Positions 17,669 to 26,600 of a DNA stretch of 55,309 nt are shown one piece after another. The DNA is from an uncultured Candidatus Saccharibacteria bacterium (GTDB lineage: Bacteria; Patescibacteriota; Minisyncoccia; Portnoybacterales; UBA2143). The notes below the pieces were generated by a model. It had not been told where the DNA came from and searched no databases. It was given only the letters and a program-made list of their open reading frames with translations. Position numbers and translations under genes: made by a program. Positions within the stretch are counted from its first letter, which is position 1, and each line of letters opens with the position of its first letter. The stretch covers positions 1 to 55,309 of the forward strand of contig CAZQUN010000006.1 in the NCBI GenBank assembly GCA_964596615.1. The letters run 5' to 3'.

Positions 17669-19201
17669 TTAGCGATTCGGCTCATACCTAACTCGCTTTC
17701 TTAGAGCAATATGCCAATAAATAAGAGCTAACCAGAAATGATCGGCTCCCAAATTGGCCCATTCTCTTCTTTCTTGACCATATCTGTCAGTAACTGTTCG
17801 AGCATAGACGGCCTGGGCATGCTTGATTAACAACTGGAAGGTCGGACTATCTTTTGGCAAAGCAAATCTTGTCTGCCCTCTTTTTAGGGCTGAAATAGTA
17901 TCATCGTAAATTCGGTTTCTGGAACTAAGCACTTTTATCTCTTCTTCAAACTCATCTGGCAATTTCTTTTTTTCATCGCCAAACCTCACCACTTCTAACA
18001 TCTTCGGATCATCCCTGAAAAAGTTTAAGTAAATCCGATATGGAAATTTCTTTGCTAATGCTTGAGCTTCTTCGGTATAAGGCAGCGCATCTATGACTCC
18101 AACTCTTACATCATAGAATTGAATTAACTCTTCCATCTGCTGCCATCTGGTGTTGTTCGGCTTGTCTTTTAATACTCCTATCCAAAATATCCCTTTTTTA
18201 TTACCAATGACGACATGGTTAACCTCGCCTGTATCCGCACCCATTATATTCCATTCTTCTCCGCTTGCTTTTTCTTTAATGATATTTCGTAAGAACAGAC
18301 TGGCTTCAATTTTCTGTTCGGCCGATAAATAAGGTAATCCCAAAACAAAATTATAGAAGTATTCTTCATCCTCTGCATCTTCTCTTTCTTTGATTAAATC
18401 CGCGGCAGTCCGCCAAGGACACATCATTTGACTTATCCAATAACCACTGATTGCTCGACCCGGGAATCTCTTTTCCCACTTTCCTAACTCACTTATCTGC
18501 CAAGGCGTTATTTCTTTTCGACATCTCTGACAAACATAAATCTGCCGTTCAAAATCTACGTTCTTTTCCCACTCCATATGCTGCTCATATTTACAATAAG
18601 GACATTCAAACCTCCAGTGTTTTTGATCGGATTTGGCAAAAAGATCATCTATTCCAAAATCAGGGATAGTTGGCGTTGAAAAATAATGCTGACTCCTTAT
18701 TTCTGAATAACCCATTCGGGAGGTATAATCTTGGATTACTTCTGGTTTTGACTTATCCAGTTCATCATGGATATTTCTGTCACTACTCAACATTATTGCT
18801 TCTTTCTCAGTATGAGTGCCCTTAAAGAAAATGAATGATTTGCCAATTTGCTTTTGTTCTACTGAATCTATGTCTTTTGGACTCACTCCTTCTTTAATAC
18901 AAGGATTCAATTTTATCACTCGGTTTACCTTACTTTTTACAAATTCGCCTACATCATCTACTGTTGGTAAAGTATAAATCTGATTAATACCTAAAAATTT
19001 TGCGTTATGGAGTGTTTTCAAAATTTCCATTGTACTTGCACCTACCTGCGACGCCTTCATTATCACCTGAACTGGCTCGCTATCCATATAAATATCTTCC
19101 ATGAATTTATGGTCGATAAATTCAATCTTTTGTCCCTTTTCTCCTCTTATGTTGTTTCTGTCTATCCAAAATAGGATACTTTCTCTTTCGAAGTTGCTCA
19201 T
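17669..19201 (-). CDS. terL: Terminase large subunit (GpA-like)
   Basis: It has a Walker-A-like KASQVGAST, the Zn-ribbon pair CPYC...CQRC that is typical of the GpA family, and a C-terminal nuclease-sized domain. 510 aa. Confidence 0.8.
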   Translation of the reverse strand: MSNFERESILFWIDRNNIRGEKGQKIEFIDHKFMEDIYMDSEPVQVIMKASQVGASTMEILKTLHNAKFLGINQIYTLPTVDDVGEFVKSKVNRVIKLNPCIKEGVSPKDIDSVEQKQIGKSFIFFKGTHTEKEAIMLSSDRNIHDELDKSKPEVIQDYTSRMGYSEIRSQHYFSTPTIPDFGIDDLFAKSDQKHWRFECPYCKYEQHMEWEKNVDFERQIYVCQRCRKEITPWQISELGKWEKRFPGRAISGYWISQMMCPWRTAADLIKEREDAEDEEYFYNFVLGLPYLSAEQKIEASLFLRNIIKEKASGEEWNIMGADTGEVNHVVIGNKKGIFWIGVLKDKPNNTRWQQMEELIQFYDVRVGVIDALPYTEEAQALAKKFPYRIYLNFFRDDPKMLEVVRFGDEKKKLPDEFEEEIKVLSSRNRIYDDTISALKRGQTRFALPKDSPTFQLLIKHAQAVYARTVTDRYGQERREWANLGADHFWLALIYWHIALRKRVRYEPNR

Positions 19202-19742
19202 GATGTTTTTTGATTAGTTCATCTATTTCCCTACCTTCTTCTTCCTCTTCTGGGGTTAACGGCCTCTGTTCCTCTTCTTTTAGTGCGAATCTACTTGTTG
19301 GCTTTCCTAATTCAACCTGAAGCATCTCCCAAAGCTCTTTCACTTCATGAACAGTCGATCCTTCACCTTCCCTTACTTGCTTCCTTAGCTTTTGTATTTT
19401 TTCCCAGAATGCTTCGGCTATAATATATATCTTCTTACGAGTGATTTCTTGGGCCTTCTTCTTTAATCCCTCTAAATCCTCGGATAATTTTAGATCTGTT
19501 CTTTTAACCCATCTATATTTTATCGACCATCTTTTGATCGTGCTTTTGGCCAAAGGACTACCCAATCTCTTTATTATTTCACTCAATTCTGGTCTCACTT
19601 CGGTCTCATTAAGTCTCACGCCTTTCCAGAATCTAATTAGTTTATCTATGCTTCCCAATTCACAATACAAAAGCCAAGCCGTGTATTGTTTCTCGGTTTC
19701 TTCGGGCCTTTTTGAAGTTGTTAATTCTGGTTTTTTAGGCAT
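19122..19742 (-). CDS. Terminase small subunit (putative, HTH-like N-terminus)
   Basis: 206 aa, immediately upstream of terL and overlapping it by 80 nt. It has a basic N-terminus, a coiled-coil centre and an acidic/basic tail. Confidence 0.45.
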   Translation of the reverse strand: MPKKPELTTSKRPEETEKQYTAWLLYCELGSIDKLIRFWKGVRLNETEVRPELSEIIKRLGSPLAKSTIKRWSIKYRWVKRTDLKLSEDLEGLKKKAQEITRKKIYIIAEAFWEKIQKLRKQVREGEGSTVHEVKELWEMLQVELGKPTSRFALKEEEQRPLTPEEEEEGREIDELIKKHHEQLRKRKYPILDRQKQHKRRKGTKD

Positions 19743-19746
19743 GTTT

Positions 19747-21096
19747 TTAAAACAAAGGTTGTTGAGCTAATCTTCTTTTGATGATTTTGATGTATTCAGG
19801 ATTTAATTCTATACCAATCCAATTCCTGCCAAGACTTTGAGCTACCAAAGCGGTGGTGCCTGCCCCCATAAAAGGATCTAGAACTATCCCTGCTTTATAT
19901 TCTGGATTTTTACAATCACATTTTGTCCAACCAATAGTTTTACCAGCATATTTGACAGTATTATCACCTTTTCTTTCCCCCTTTTGACGCCTTTTAAGAT
20001 ATTCTCCCGAGGTGGCGCCAATTCCTTTATGCTTTCCTTTATTTAAATTCTCTATTAATCTTTCTCTGGCTTTTCCGCATTTGACACAAATTTCAGCCGG
20101 GCAAGAACTCTTAATCATTGGCTCTATTAATTTAGCTGGAAATGTGGCGAAATGCGCCTCGGGAAATCCTCTCGTAGATATAGTCCATACATCTCCTGGA
20201 TTCTTCCCGCCTTTTGGCAACTCAATCATTTTTCTTTTACCGCCTGATTTTAAGGAACCGGTCATTCTCGCCTTGCTTCCAGTTCCCTGATCTCCATAAG
20301 GATTCATTAAATATTTTGCCCGTTGAATAGACGCTGTCTTATGAGGTTTCCTGATAGCATCTAAATCAAAATAATATCTATTGGCTTTGGTCAAGAAAAA
20401 TACCAGTTCATAGCAAGTAGTCAGGCGGTCTTTCACGCTTGAAGGCATTGCGTTGGGCTTATGCCATATGATTGAATTTCTAAGTACCCAGCCCTGTTCA
20501 TCAATCATTCTCAAAATCAGACGATAATTCTGAAGCATTAAACATTTAGCAGGATAATTTTGGGGCTGTGGGGGTTTATTTTTATCAGGCACCCAATTGA
20601 TTTCTTTTGAAGAACTAATATTGTCATAGGTTGTCCTCCTGCCATGACTTCCTAATCCCGTTGAATAATTATCGCCATGATTCCAAAACATTACTCCAGT
20701 CGGCTTTAAAACTCTTTTAAGTTCAGCTGCAATTTGAAGAATATGTTCTATAAATAATTCTAAGGTCGGCTCTAACCCCAATTGCCCATACCAGGCCCCG
20801 CATCTTTGACAAAAACCTTCCTTCCTGATTCTATTAACATCCATATTCGCCGCTATTCCTTTTTTATCAAATTGACCATGCCCGCCCCTGTAATTCGGGT
20901 CCCTCTTTTTTTCTAACTTAAATTTATGTTTGCATTTTAAGTCGCCGCCCCAAACGATTCTGGTTTGATCACCATAATCCCTTAACCCCCAGTAAGGCGG
21001 ACTAGTGACTATTGTGTCTATGGTATCTGCTGGAAAAGTTCGTAAAATTTCAATCGCATTTCCACAAATAACTCTGTTTATTGGCAGCTTTTTCAT
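19747..21096 (-). CDS. DNA methyltransferase, beta class, SPPY motif IV (N4-cytosine or N6-adenine)
   Basis: Motif IV is IVTSPPYWGLRDYG near the N-terminus and motif I is VLDPFMGAGTTALVA near the C-terminus. An LGLEPT block is also present. No partner endonuclease is seen. Confidence 0.85.
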   Translation of the reverse strand: MKKLPINRVICGNAIEILRTFPADTIDTIVTSPPYWGLRDYGDQTRIVWGGDLKCKHKFKLEKKRDPNYRGGHGQFDKKGIAANMDVNRIRKEGFCQRCGAWYGQLGLEPTLELFIEHILQIAAELKRVLKPTGVMFWNHGDNYSTGLGSHGRRTTYDNISSSKEINWVPDKNKPPQPQNYPAKCLMLQNYRLILRMIDEQGWVLRNSIIWHKPNAMPSSVKDRLTTCYELVFFLTKANRYYFDLDAIRKPHKTASIQRAKYLMNPYGDQGTGSKARMTGSLKSGGKRKMIELPKGGKNPGDVWTISTRGFPEAHFATFPAKLIEPMIKSSCPAEICVKCGKARERLIENLNKGKHKGIGATSGEYLKRRQKGERKGDNTVKYAGKTIGWTKCDCKNPEYKAGIVLDPFMGAGTTALVAQSLGRNWIGIELNPEYIKIIKRRLAQQPLF

Positions 21097-21123
21097 GAAG
21101 CGTGTAATGTATCTACCTTTTCA

Positions 21124-21153
21124 GAAAAACCGCACACAAGCCCATCTGTGCGG
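21124..21153 (-). terminator. Rho-independent terminator after the ParB-methylase gene
   Basis: The minus strand reads CCGCACA-GATGGGCTTG-TGTGCGG followed by TTTTT, starting right after the stop codon. Confidence 0.7.
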
Positions 21154-22431
21154 CTACTTCTTGGGTAATTGGCTAATTCTTGTCCATCTCTGGCGAATTA
21201 CATCGCACCAGCGCGGGTCCAACTCCATTAGGTAGGCTGTTCTTTCCAACTTATGAGCTGCCATCAAAGTTGATCCACAGCCCGCAAATAAGTCCACTAC
21301 TAATTGTCCGACCTTGCTTGAATTTTTAATCGTTCTCATTATAAGCCATTCTGGTTTCTCGGTTGGGTGAAGCATCTTGGTAATAGCTTTCCTGGGCATT
21401 TCCCAAACATCGCTTTGACTCAAGTCGCCATAAAAATAATGTCTCTGCCCTTTTTTCCAGCCGTAGATAATTGGTTGCGCCTTACTACCACTTCTTCCCT
21501 TTTTACCTTTCATCACTTGTTCGTATTGTTTTTTATAATCTCCCCAGCCCATTGAGAAAGATGGCTTGACCCAAACAATCGTGGTCGAAAACTCAAATCC
21601 TGCATTAAGCATTTGGTAATAAAATAAGGGATAGGATGTATAGCCGGTGCAGATATAAATTGTCTTGCCCGGTTTTAGTAGCCGATTATAGCTATCAAAA
21701 AATTTTTGGGTGAACTCACTAAATTCCTCCTGGCTTTGCTGGTCCCCAAGAATCTTTCCTTTCTCGGTTGGAAATTTTCCTCTTTTCTCATGGCTAATAT
21801 GGGATACATTATAAGGCGGGTCGGTAAAAACCATATCTGCTTGCTCTTCGCCCATTAGCTTTTCGATATCTTCTATCTTGGTAGAATCGCCGCACATTAG
21901 TTTATGCCTGCCCAAATTGTAAATCTCGCCATATTTTGATTGGGATTTTTTCTTTAACATCTCTTGTTCTTTTTCTATCTCTGTCTCCGGGTCTCCTTCT
22001 TTTCGTAGCATTTGCGTATCCAATAAATTACTAATTTCTACTTCATTGAATCCGCTCAAAGTTAAATCAGCGTCTGCCCGACTTAAATCATGGATTAATT
22101 CTGCTAATTTACTTTCATCCCAATCCGCTTTGATTCTATTCAATGCTAAATTAAGAAGTTTTTCTTTATTCTCTGACAAATTTACTTCTACATAAGGAAT
22201 TGATTCCCATCCTAATTCTGTTGCCGCCTTTACTCTCATATTGCCTCCGACTACAATATTTTCTCTATTTTTATACTTATTTATTACTATTGGCTCTACA
22301 CATCCAAACCCGCTCATTGATCTTTTGAGCGACTCGTATTCTTTGGCTGACATTTCTCTAGGATTATAATAAGCCAGTTTCAGCTTCTTTATTTCTATTT
22401 CTGGATAGTTTTTTTGGTTAGTTTTCGCCAT
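21154..22431 (-). CDS. ParB-like N-terminal domain fused to an N6-adenine-type DNA methyltransferase (DPPY)
   Basis: The N-terminus is ParB-like (VEPIVINKYKNRENIVVGGNMRVKAATELGWESIPYVEV). Motif IV is VFTDPPYNV and motif I is VVDLFAGCGSTLMAA. Confidence 0.85.
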   Translation of the reverse strand: MAKTNQKNYPEIEIKKLKLAYYNPREMSAKEYESLKRSMSGFGCVEPIVINKYKNRENIVVGGNMRVKAATELGWESIPYVEVNLSENKEKLLNLALNRIKADWDESKLAELIHDLSRADADLTLSGFNEVEISNLLDTQMLRKEGDPETEIEKEQEMLKKKSQSKYGEIYNLGRHKLMCGDSTKIEDIEKLMGEEQADMVFTDPPYNVSHISHEKRGKFPTEKGKILGDQQSQEEFSEFTQKFFDSYNRLLKPGKTIYICTGYTSYPLFYYQMLNAGFEFSTTIVWVKPSFSMGWGDYKKQYEQVMKGKKGRSGSKAQPIIYGWKKGQRHYFYGDLSQSDVWEMPRKAITKMLHPTEKPEWLIMRTIKNSSKVGQLVVDLFAGCGSTLMAAHKLERTAYLMELDPRWCDVIRQRWTRISQLPKK

Positions 22432-22697
22432 AATTTTTTAGAGTAAAATTTAACTCTTAGCCAAATCTTCAACCAGAAAGGCAACTGTCTATATGCTTGG
22501 CTCATAACTTCTTTTTTCATTCTTGATATTCTTCGTCTTTGGGCCTCAGCTAATAATTCTGGATTAATATAAGTCCCGCCGATTAATCTCTCTCGGTTTT
22601 TTCTTCTGGCCCACCGATCTTTCTTTGGGTTATTCAACCCCATTACTTCTCTTCTTTTTTCTTTTTGTTGTTTATTTTCCTTCTCCATTTTCTTCAT
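22395..22697 (-). CDS. Small, very basic phage protein, unknown
   Basis: 100-aa ORF with an ATG start (alternative ATG at 22643). It overlaps both neighbours. Confidence 0.4.
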   Translation of the reverse strand: MKKMEKENKQQKEKRREVMGLNNPKKDRWARRKNRERLIGGTYINPELLAEAQRRRISRMKKEVMSQAYRQLPFWLKIWLRVKFYSKKLWRKLTKKTIQK

Positions 22698-22941
22698 TGA
22701 TTATTTTTTCTATAGTCTTTAAAGCTTGCTCCCGTTTTAAGATTTGCGATTTATAGTCTTTGACCAAATCTTTTTTTGTAATCTCTTGTTCTCTTCTGCC
22801 GAACGGAGTCTGTTTAGCAGTAATATCAATAATTTCACTGTCTTTGCGATCATCAAGATTACGAATGGCCACTTCCATTCGAATTTTATCTTCCAAAACA
22901 GAGTCATGAATGATTTCTAAAATTTGTCGTTTGGTTTTCAT
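22672..22941 (-). CDS. Small phage protein, unknown
   Basis: 89-aa ORF with an ATG start, preceded by a large structured intergenic element. Confidence 0.55.
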   Translation of the reverse strand: MKTKRQILEIIHDSVLEDKIRMEVAIRNLDDRKDSEIIDITAKQTPFGRREQEITKKDLVKDYKSQILKREQALKTIEKIINEENGEGK

Positions 22942-22973
22942 GACACACGATTTTACAACTATCCTGATTCCAA

Positions 22974-23055
22974 CCCAGGCCGCCTCTGCTTTTTATCCCT
23001 CAGTTCTTTATTTTCAAAAGGTCGAAGAGGGTCGACCTAACAGAGACGGCCCGGG
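22974..23055 (-). ncRNA. Large intergenic stem-loop (15-bp closing stem that is only fully paired on the minus-strand RNA)
   Basis: CCCAGGCCGCCTCTG (22974-22988) pairs with CAGAGACGGCCCGGG (23041-23055). The two non-Watson-Crick positions are G.U on the minus strand and A.C on the plus strand. Confidence 0.55.
23017..23037 (+). promoter_or_regulatory. Inverted-orientation motif copy AAAGGTCGA plus the palindrome GGTCGACC
   Basis: The plus strand reads AAAGGTCGAAGAGGGTCGACC. This is the only copy in the opposite orientation, and it sits inside the 22974-23055 stem-loop. Confidence 0.5.
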
Positions 23056-23063
23056 CGAATCTT

Positions 23064-23363
23064 TTAGATGTCTAGATTATCCAACCCTGAATCTTTGCCA
23101 ATGCGGCTCCCTGGTTGAGCTGGGACTTCCAACTTGATATTTAATCTGGCTCGATTCTTGGCTCCTATCGCATTCATTACCATTCTGATGGCTTGAATGG
23201 TTTTCCCTTGTCGTCCAATAACCAATCCTGCATCTCCATCGCCAAGTTTAACCGAAAGCAAAACCCCCATCTCATCGGTTGTTTTCGCCACCTTTACCTC
23301 TTCAGGCTTAGTGACAATCGCTTTTAGAATAGTTTCTAAAAGTTCTGTGATTTTATCGTTCAT
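23064..23363 (-). CDS. khpA: Phage-encoded KH-domain RNA-binding protein (KhpA/UPF0109-like), paralogous to the host gene at 29959-30303
   Basis: The protein begins MNDKITELLETILKAIVTKPEEVKVAKTTDEMGVLLSVKLGDGDAGLVIGRQGKTIQAIRMVMNAIGAKNRARLNIKLEVP. It aligns by eye with the host protein through DEMGVLL, the GXXG loop IGRQG, AIR and KN.AR.N.K.E.P. The ATG at 23363 is preferred because the track start is a TTG. Confidence 0.8.
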   Translation of the reverse strand: MNDKITELLETILKAIVTKPEEVKVAKTTDEMGVLLSVKLGDGDAGLVIGRQGKTIQAIRMVMNAIGAKNRARLNIKLEVPAQPGSRIGKDSGLDNLDI

Positions 23364-23393
23364 TGTTTTATCTTTATTCCTTAAATTATTTTT

Positions 23394-23402
23394 TCGACCT
23401 TT
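23394..23402 (-). promoter_or_regulatory. AAAGGTCGA motif copy, 31 nt upstream of the phage khpA-like start and overlapping the upstream TAA stop
   Basis: Exact 9-mer, followed after 7 nt by ATTTAAG. Confidence 0.6.
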
Positions 23403-23943
23403 ATTTATCCCAGCAATTCTGACTCTGTTGCCAGTGCTGGCTTCCTTCAATTTTTAATAAATATAAAGCAGCTTGATAATTTAACTCGGCATCAAAAGGA
23501 CTCCCATCTGTTCCCATTCCTCTCATCACATAATCCCAAGTGTCTGGAATAAATTGAGCCAAGCCCATTCCGCCTTCGCATCCATACTCTTTATTGCAAA
23601 CGCTTGCATCCCACTCACTTTCGCAGGTTATAATTCTCTCAAGAAGTAATCTTCTTTGTATCTCTGATTCTGGCTCTATTTTCTCCTCAAGTTTTCCTTC
23701 TGGCGTCATGATATAAACCCTGCCTTTAATAATGGCTTTTTCGCCTTCTGGCAAAACTTCAAGAATGCTATTCATCATTTCCTTTTCTATGCATTTACAT
23801 TCCGGGCATATCCATTCGTCACAACATTCCCATCCCTTCTTCCACTCTGTATATGTCCCATAAATAAAACTAACTAAAAACAAAATTATCATTGTTGCAA
23901 TAATTAGGGTTACTCGAAAAATTCTGACTTGATATCGATTCAT
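23401..23943 (-). CDS. Membrane-anchored lytic transglycosylase (SLT domain)
   Basis: It has an N-terminal TM segment (VTLIIATMIILFLVSFIYG). SLT blocks are ITCESEW (catalytic Glu-Ser), GGMGLAQFIPDTW and YQAALYLL. The ATG at 23943 forms an ATGA overlap with the upstream stop; the ATG at 23961 is also possible. Confidence 0.75.
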   Translation of the reverse strand: MNRYQVRIFRVTLIIATMIILFLVSFIYGTYTEWKKGWECCDEWICPECKCIEKEMMNSILEVLPEGEKAIIKGRVYIMTPEGKLEEKIEPESEIQRRLLLERIITCESEWDASVCNKEYGCEGGMGLAQFIPDTWDYVMRGMGTDGSPFDAELNYQAALYLLKIEGSQHWQQSQNCWDK

Positions 23944-24347
23944 TGTTTTAATTCTGCCCATGATGGAAGAAAATATTCCCTTTCTACTCTATATTGGATA
24001 CATTCATTAAAAGCTATCCGTACTAATTCCTTACTGTCTAAATCGCTTAACTCTGGTTGTAGTTCAAATTTTCTTTCAATAAAATGCAAAAGATGATGAC
24101 AAAAATCATGCATTTCTGACTCTATCCTTTCCTCGGCATCTCGTTTTCCTCTTCCATAAATTTCCTGAATCAATGCTTGAGGAATTTTATCTTCAGTTAT
24201 CGGCTCTTTATTTTGTGATGCCTTATACCAAAACCATCCTGAAAATTTTGAACACCACCTGTAATCCTTTGGGCATTCTTTTGGATCGCAACGAAAAGAA
24301 AAATGATTTTTAATTGGACAAATTTGGGGAGTTAGATTTTTTTTCAT
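23940..24347 (-). CDS. Phage protein, unknown (Cys/His-containing N-terminus)
   Basis: 135-aa ORF with ATGA overlaps at both ends. Confidence 0.55.
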   Translation of the reverse strand: MKKNLTPQICPIKNHFSFRCDPKECPKDYRWCSKFSGWFWYKASQNKEPITEDKIPQALIQEIYGRGKRDAEERIESEMHDFCHHLLHFIERKFELQPELSDLDSKELVRIAFNECIQYRVEREYFLPSWAELKQ

Positions 24348-25195
24348 GATTTTGATTCCTTATAAATAGCTCTCATAACTTTAGTCCCGTCTGGCCGAAC
24401 AATTTCTTCCCATCTAATTATTTTTCGACCTTTCTTTTTCTTCTGGGCAACTACTTCATCTATGAATTTAGTAATGGTTTCCAGGGTAAATTTCTTGATA
24501 TAATCTGTGTTTTTAACTGCTTTGACGGTATCGCAAATATCCTCATTGCTATAACCATTTAAGAGTCGGGCTGGCTTACAATTCCTCTGAATAATGGACT
24601 GGATTTGCTCGTCGTTTTCTGGGTGCAGCTCTTTTTCTTTTATCCAAATCCCGATTATTTGGATGTGTCGCTTCTGATCTTTTAAAAGATTTTCTATCTC
24701 TTTTTCTAAATCCCAGTCCGTCGGCTTGTCCGACATATTCTTTTTGTAAACAGATTTGTTTTGTAAGGCGGTTTGTTTTGTAGCACGCATTTTTTGCTTA
24801 GTTATTTTTGCCACGCATTTTTTGCTACCTTTTATCCTGCCTATAAAAGTTTTTCCTAATCTGTAGAAAATTTTACCGCCGCGACCTATTCTTTCTCTTT
24901 TTCTCGGCGTATCTAATAATTCGCCGTTTTCATCTCTGGCCTCTATCCATTCTTGCTTGATGCAGTTGTTAATTGCATCTGTTATTGATCTACCTTTCTT
25001 GCCAGTCAATCGTATTAGTTGACTTCTTGAAATCCAGTCTTCTTCTTTCCTCATTCCTGTTTCTGGATCTGCTATCCAGCCCAATGTTTTTCTGGTCACT
25101 ATCAACACAATCCTTAATTCGGTATCTTTCATTTTTGCCATTTCCCCGTTAAGTAATTTATTGGGAACTTGAGTTGTGTTTGGAAGATTTGACAT
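24344..25195 (-). CDS. Replication initiator/replisome organiser (phage RepO-like winged-helix N-terminus)
   Basis: The N-terminal pattern is TTQVPNKLLNGEMAKMKDTELRIVLIVTRKTLGW...DWISRSQLIRLTGKKGRSITDAINNCIKQEWI. This matches the 'vPN..l...L...E.rv.l.i.R.T.GW...is.sql...TG' signature of phage O-type initiators. Confidence 0.65.
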   Translation of the reverse strand: MSNLPNTTQVPNKLLNGEMAKMKDTELRIVLIVTRKTLGWIADPETGMRKEEDWISRSQLIRLTGKKGRSITDAINNCIKQEWIEARDENGELLDTPRKRERIGRGGKIFYRLGKTFIGRIKGSKKCVAKITKQKMRATKQTALQNKSVYKKNMSDKPTDWDLEKEIENLLKDQKRHIQIIGIWIKEKELHPENDEQIQSIIQRNCKPARLLNGYSNEDICDTVKAVKNTDYIKKFTLETITKFIDEVVAQKKKKGRKIIRWEEIVRPDGTKVMRAIYKESKS

Positions 25196-25257
25196 AACAT
25201 GGAACGAAACAAGCCCTCTGCTATTAGGACAAGTTTCTTTATTTAATTTATTCGCCT

Positions 25258-25341
25258 CTCATCTCTGCTCCCGCTTGCTCGGCTCATGCCCCTGCGGTGA
25301 ACCTACAAGGAAGGAGCAAGGAAAGGAGCAGAGTCAGGGGC
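25258..25341 (-). ncRNA. Structured element B (conserved ends CTCATCTCTG...CAGAGTCAGGGGC), directly after the ATPase gene stop
   Basis: The 9-bp outer stem is CTCTGCTCC (25263-25271) with GGAGCAGAG (25325-25333). The inner stem is CTTGCTC (25274-25280) with GAGCAAG (25314-25320). Confidence 0.55.
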
Positions 25342-25344
25342 GAA

Positions 25345-26457
25345 TTACCGCTTATTCTTATCTTCTTTTCTTTGAATTACTAACATTGTCTGTCCGCCTT
25401 TTTTCTTGTATTCAGCCCTTCCAGCTTCTACCACTAAATCCATAATTTCTCGATATCCATCCTTCAATGCATCAGGCATCAATCCTTTGATCGCTGTCAT
25501 GCTGGTCGTGCCAAACGCCTTGTAAAGAGTGTCTAGCTTAAACTGCTTGTCTGCTCCGTTGTATCCTGGGGCAACTCGGGCAAGCAATCCTTCAATTTCT
25601 TCAATCCATTTATCTCGTTCTTTTCTGAATACCAGCTTTTGTTCTTCGGTCTTAAACAGGACTGCCGCATCTCCTTCTGGTGTTAATATAGATTTCTTAT
25701 CGAACGGATTATCCATCATCGCTTCGATAGTTGGGGCAAAATTCTCAAAAGTCGGGTTTTTGAATGTCTTGCCGTCCAGTAACGCTGCTCTATCTTTTAA
25801 GACAGTCGCTTCTCTCCAAACTTTCTTTTCATCTTTTCCGATCACTTCCTCGTATCTTTCCATTAAAAGCAGCATATCTGGCTCGTAGGCGGTTTCTCCC
25901 TCTACTTTCATCTTGACACCTGACTTATAGATTTCTCGCTTGCGAGTATCTGGATTGATTTCACTCTCATACTCATAACCGGCCCGGCCACACATAATAA
26001 TGTGATAAGGCTCATTGACGAATGGTTCAGAAAATTCTTGCTTCCAAGTCGGCTTGATAATCCCCCAATCCTGAAATTGCAGAAATGTCCGATTGGCCTT
26101 CTTCCGATACGCTTCAAGGAAGTTCTCCCAGACATGCGAGATTGAATCTATAATCAGGATATCCCCGGCTCCTTCTTTCATTCTTCTCATCGTTTCTTTT
26201 AAGTCGGCTAGCGACTTTGACTCGCGCACTAAGAGTTTAATTTTCTTTTCGGCAAATAACGGCTTTAAGAATTTAGCTGCCTTTTCAGTGTCAAATATCA
26301 CTATCGGCTTTTTTGATTTAATTCTCTGATGCAACCCTCTGGCAATTAAGGATGCGGTGTAAGTCTTGCCGCTGCCAGCGAAACCTTCTAAAGCTGCTTT
26401 AAAGAACGGCTTGGTGTTATCGGCTGCGGTAAAGAAATCATCTTTCTTTCTGGTCAT
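25345..26457 (-). CDS. P-loop ATPase (AAA_24/Sak4-like phage NTP-binding protein) with a C-terminal extension
   Basis: Walker A is GFAGSGKTYTA and Walker B is ILIIDSISHVWE. It lies in the replication module. 370 aa. Confidence 0.7.
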   Translation of the reverse strand: MTRKKDDFFTAADNTKPFFKAALEGFAGSGKTYTASLIARGLHQRIKSKKPIVIFDTEKAAKFLKPLFAEKKIKLLVRESKSLADLKETMRRMKEGAGDILIIDSISHVWENFLEAYRKKANRTFLQFQDWGIIKPTWKQEFSEPFVNEPYHIIMCGRAGYEYESEINPDTRKREIYKSGVKMKVEGETAYEPDMLLLMERYEEVIGKDEKKVWREATVLKDRAALLDGKTFKNPTFENFAPTIEAMMDNPFDKKSILTPEGDAAVLFKTEEQKLVFRKERDKWIEEIEGLLARVAPGYNGADKQFKLDTLYKAFGTTSMTAIKGLMPDALKDGYREIMDLVVEAGRAEYKKKGGQTMLVIQRKEDKNKR

Positions 26458-26574
26458 GGTAGTTATCCTATTGACCTCGCCAAAGTTCTCAATTATACTT
26501 TCTTTAGGTGAGGACTTCTGGCTTCGGTCAGAAGTTCTTTCTATTTCAGATGGTTTTTACAAGTTTTCCTTCTT

Positions 26575-26583
26575 GCGACCTTT
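26575..26583 (-). promoter_or_regulatory. Variant motif AAAGGTCGC upstream of the ATPase gene
   Basis: One mismatch. It lies 118 nt upstream of the 26457 start, just after structured element C. Confidence 0.35.
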
Positions 26584-26600
26584 TAGCGAGCGGTTAGCCG

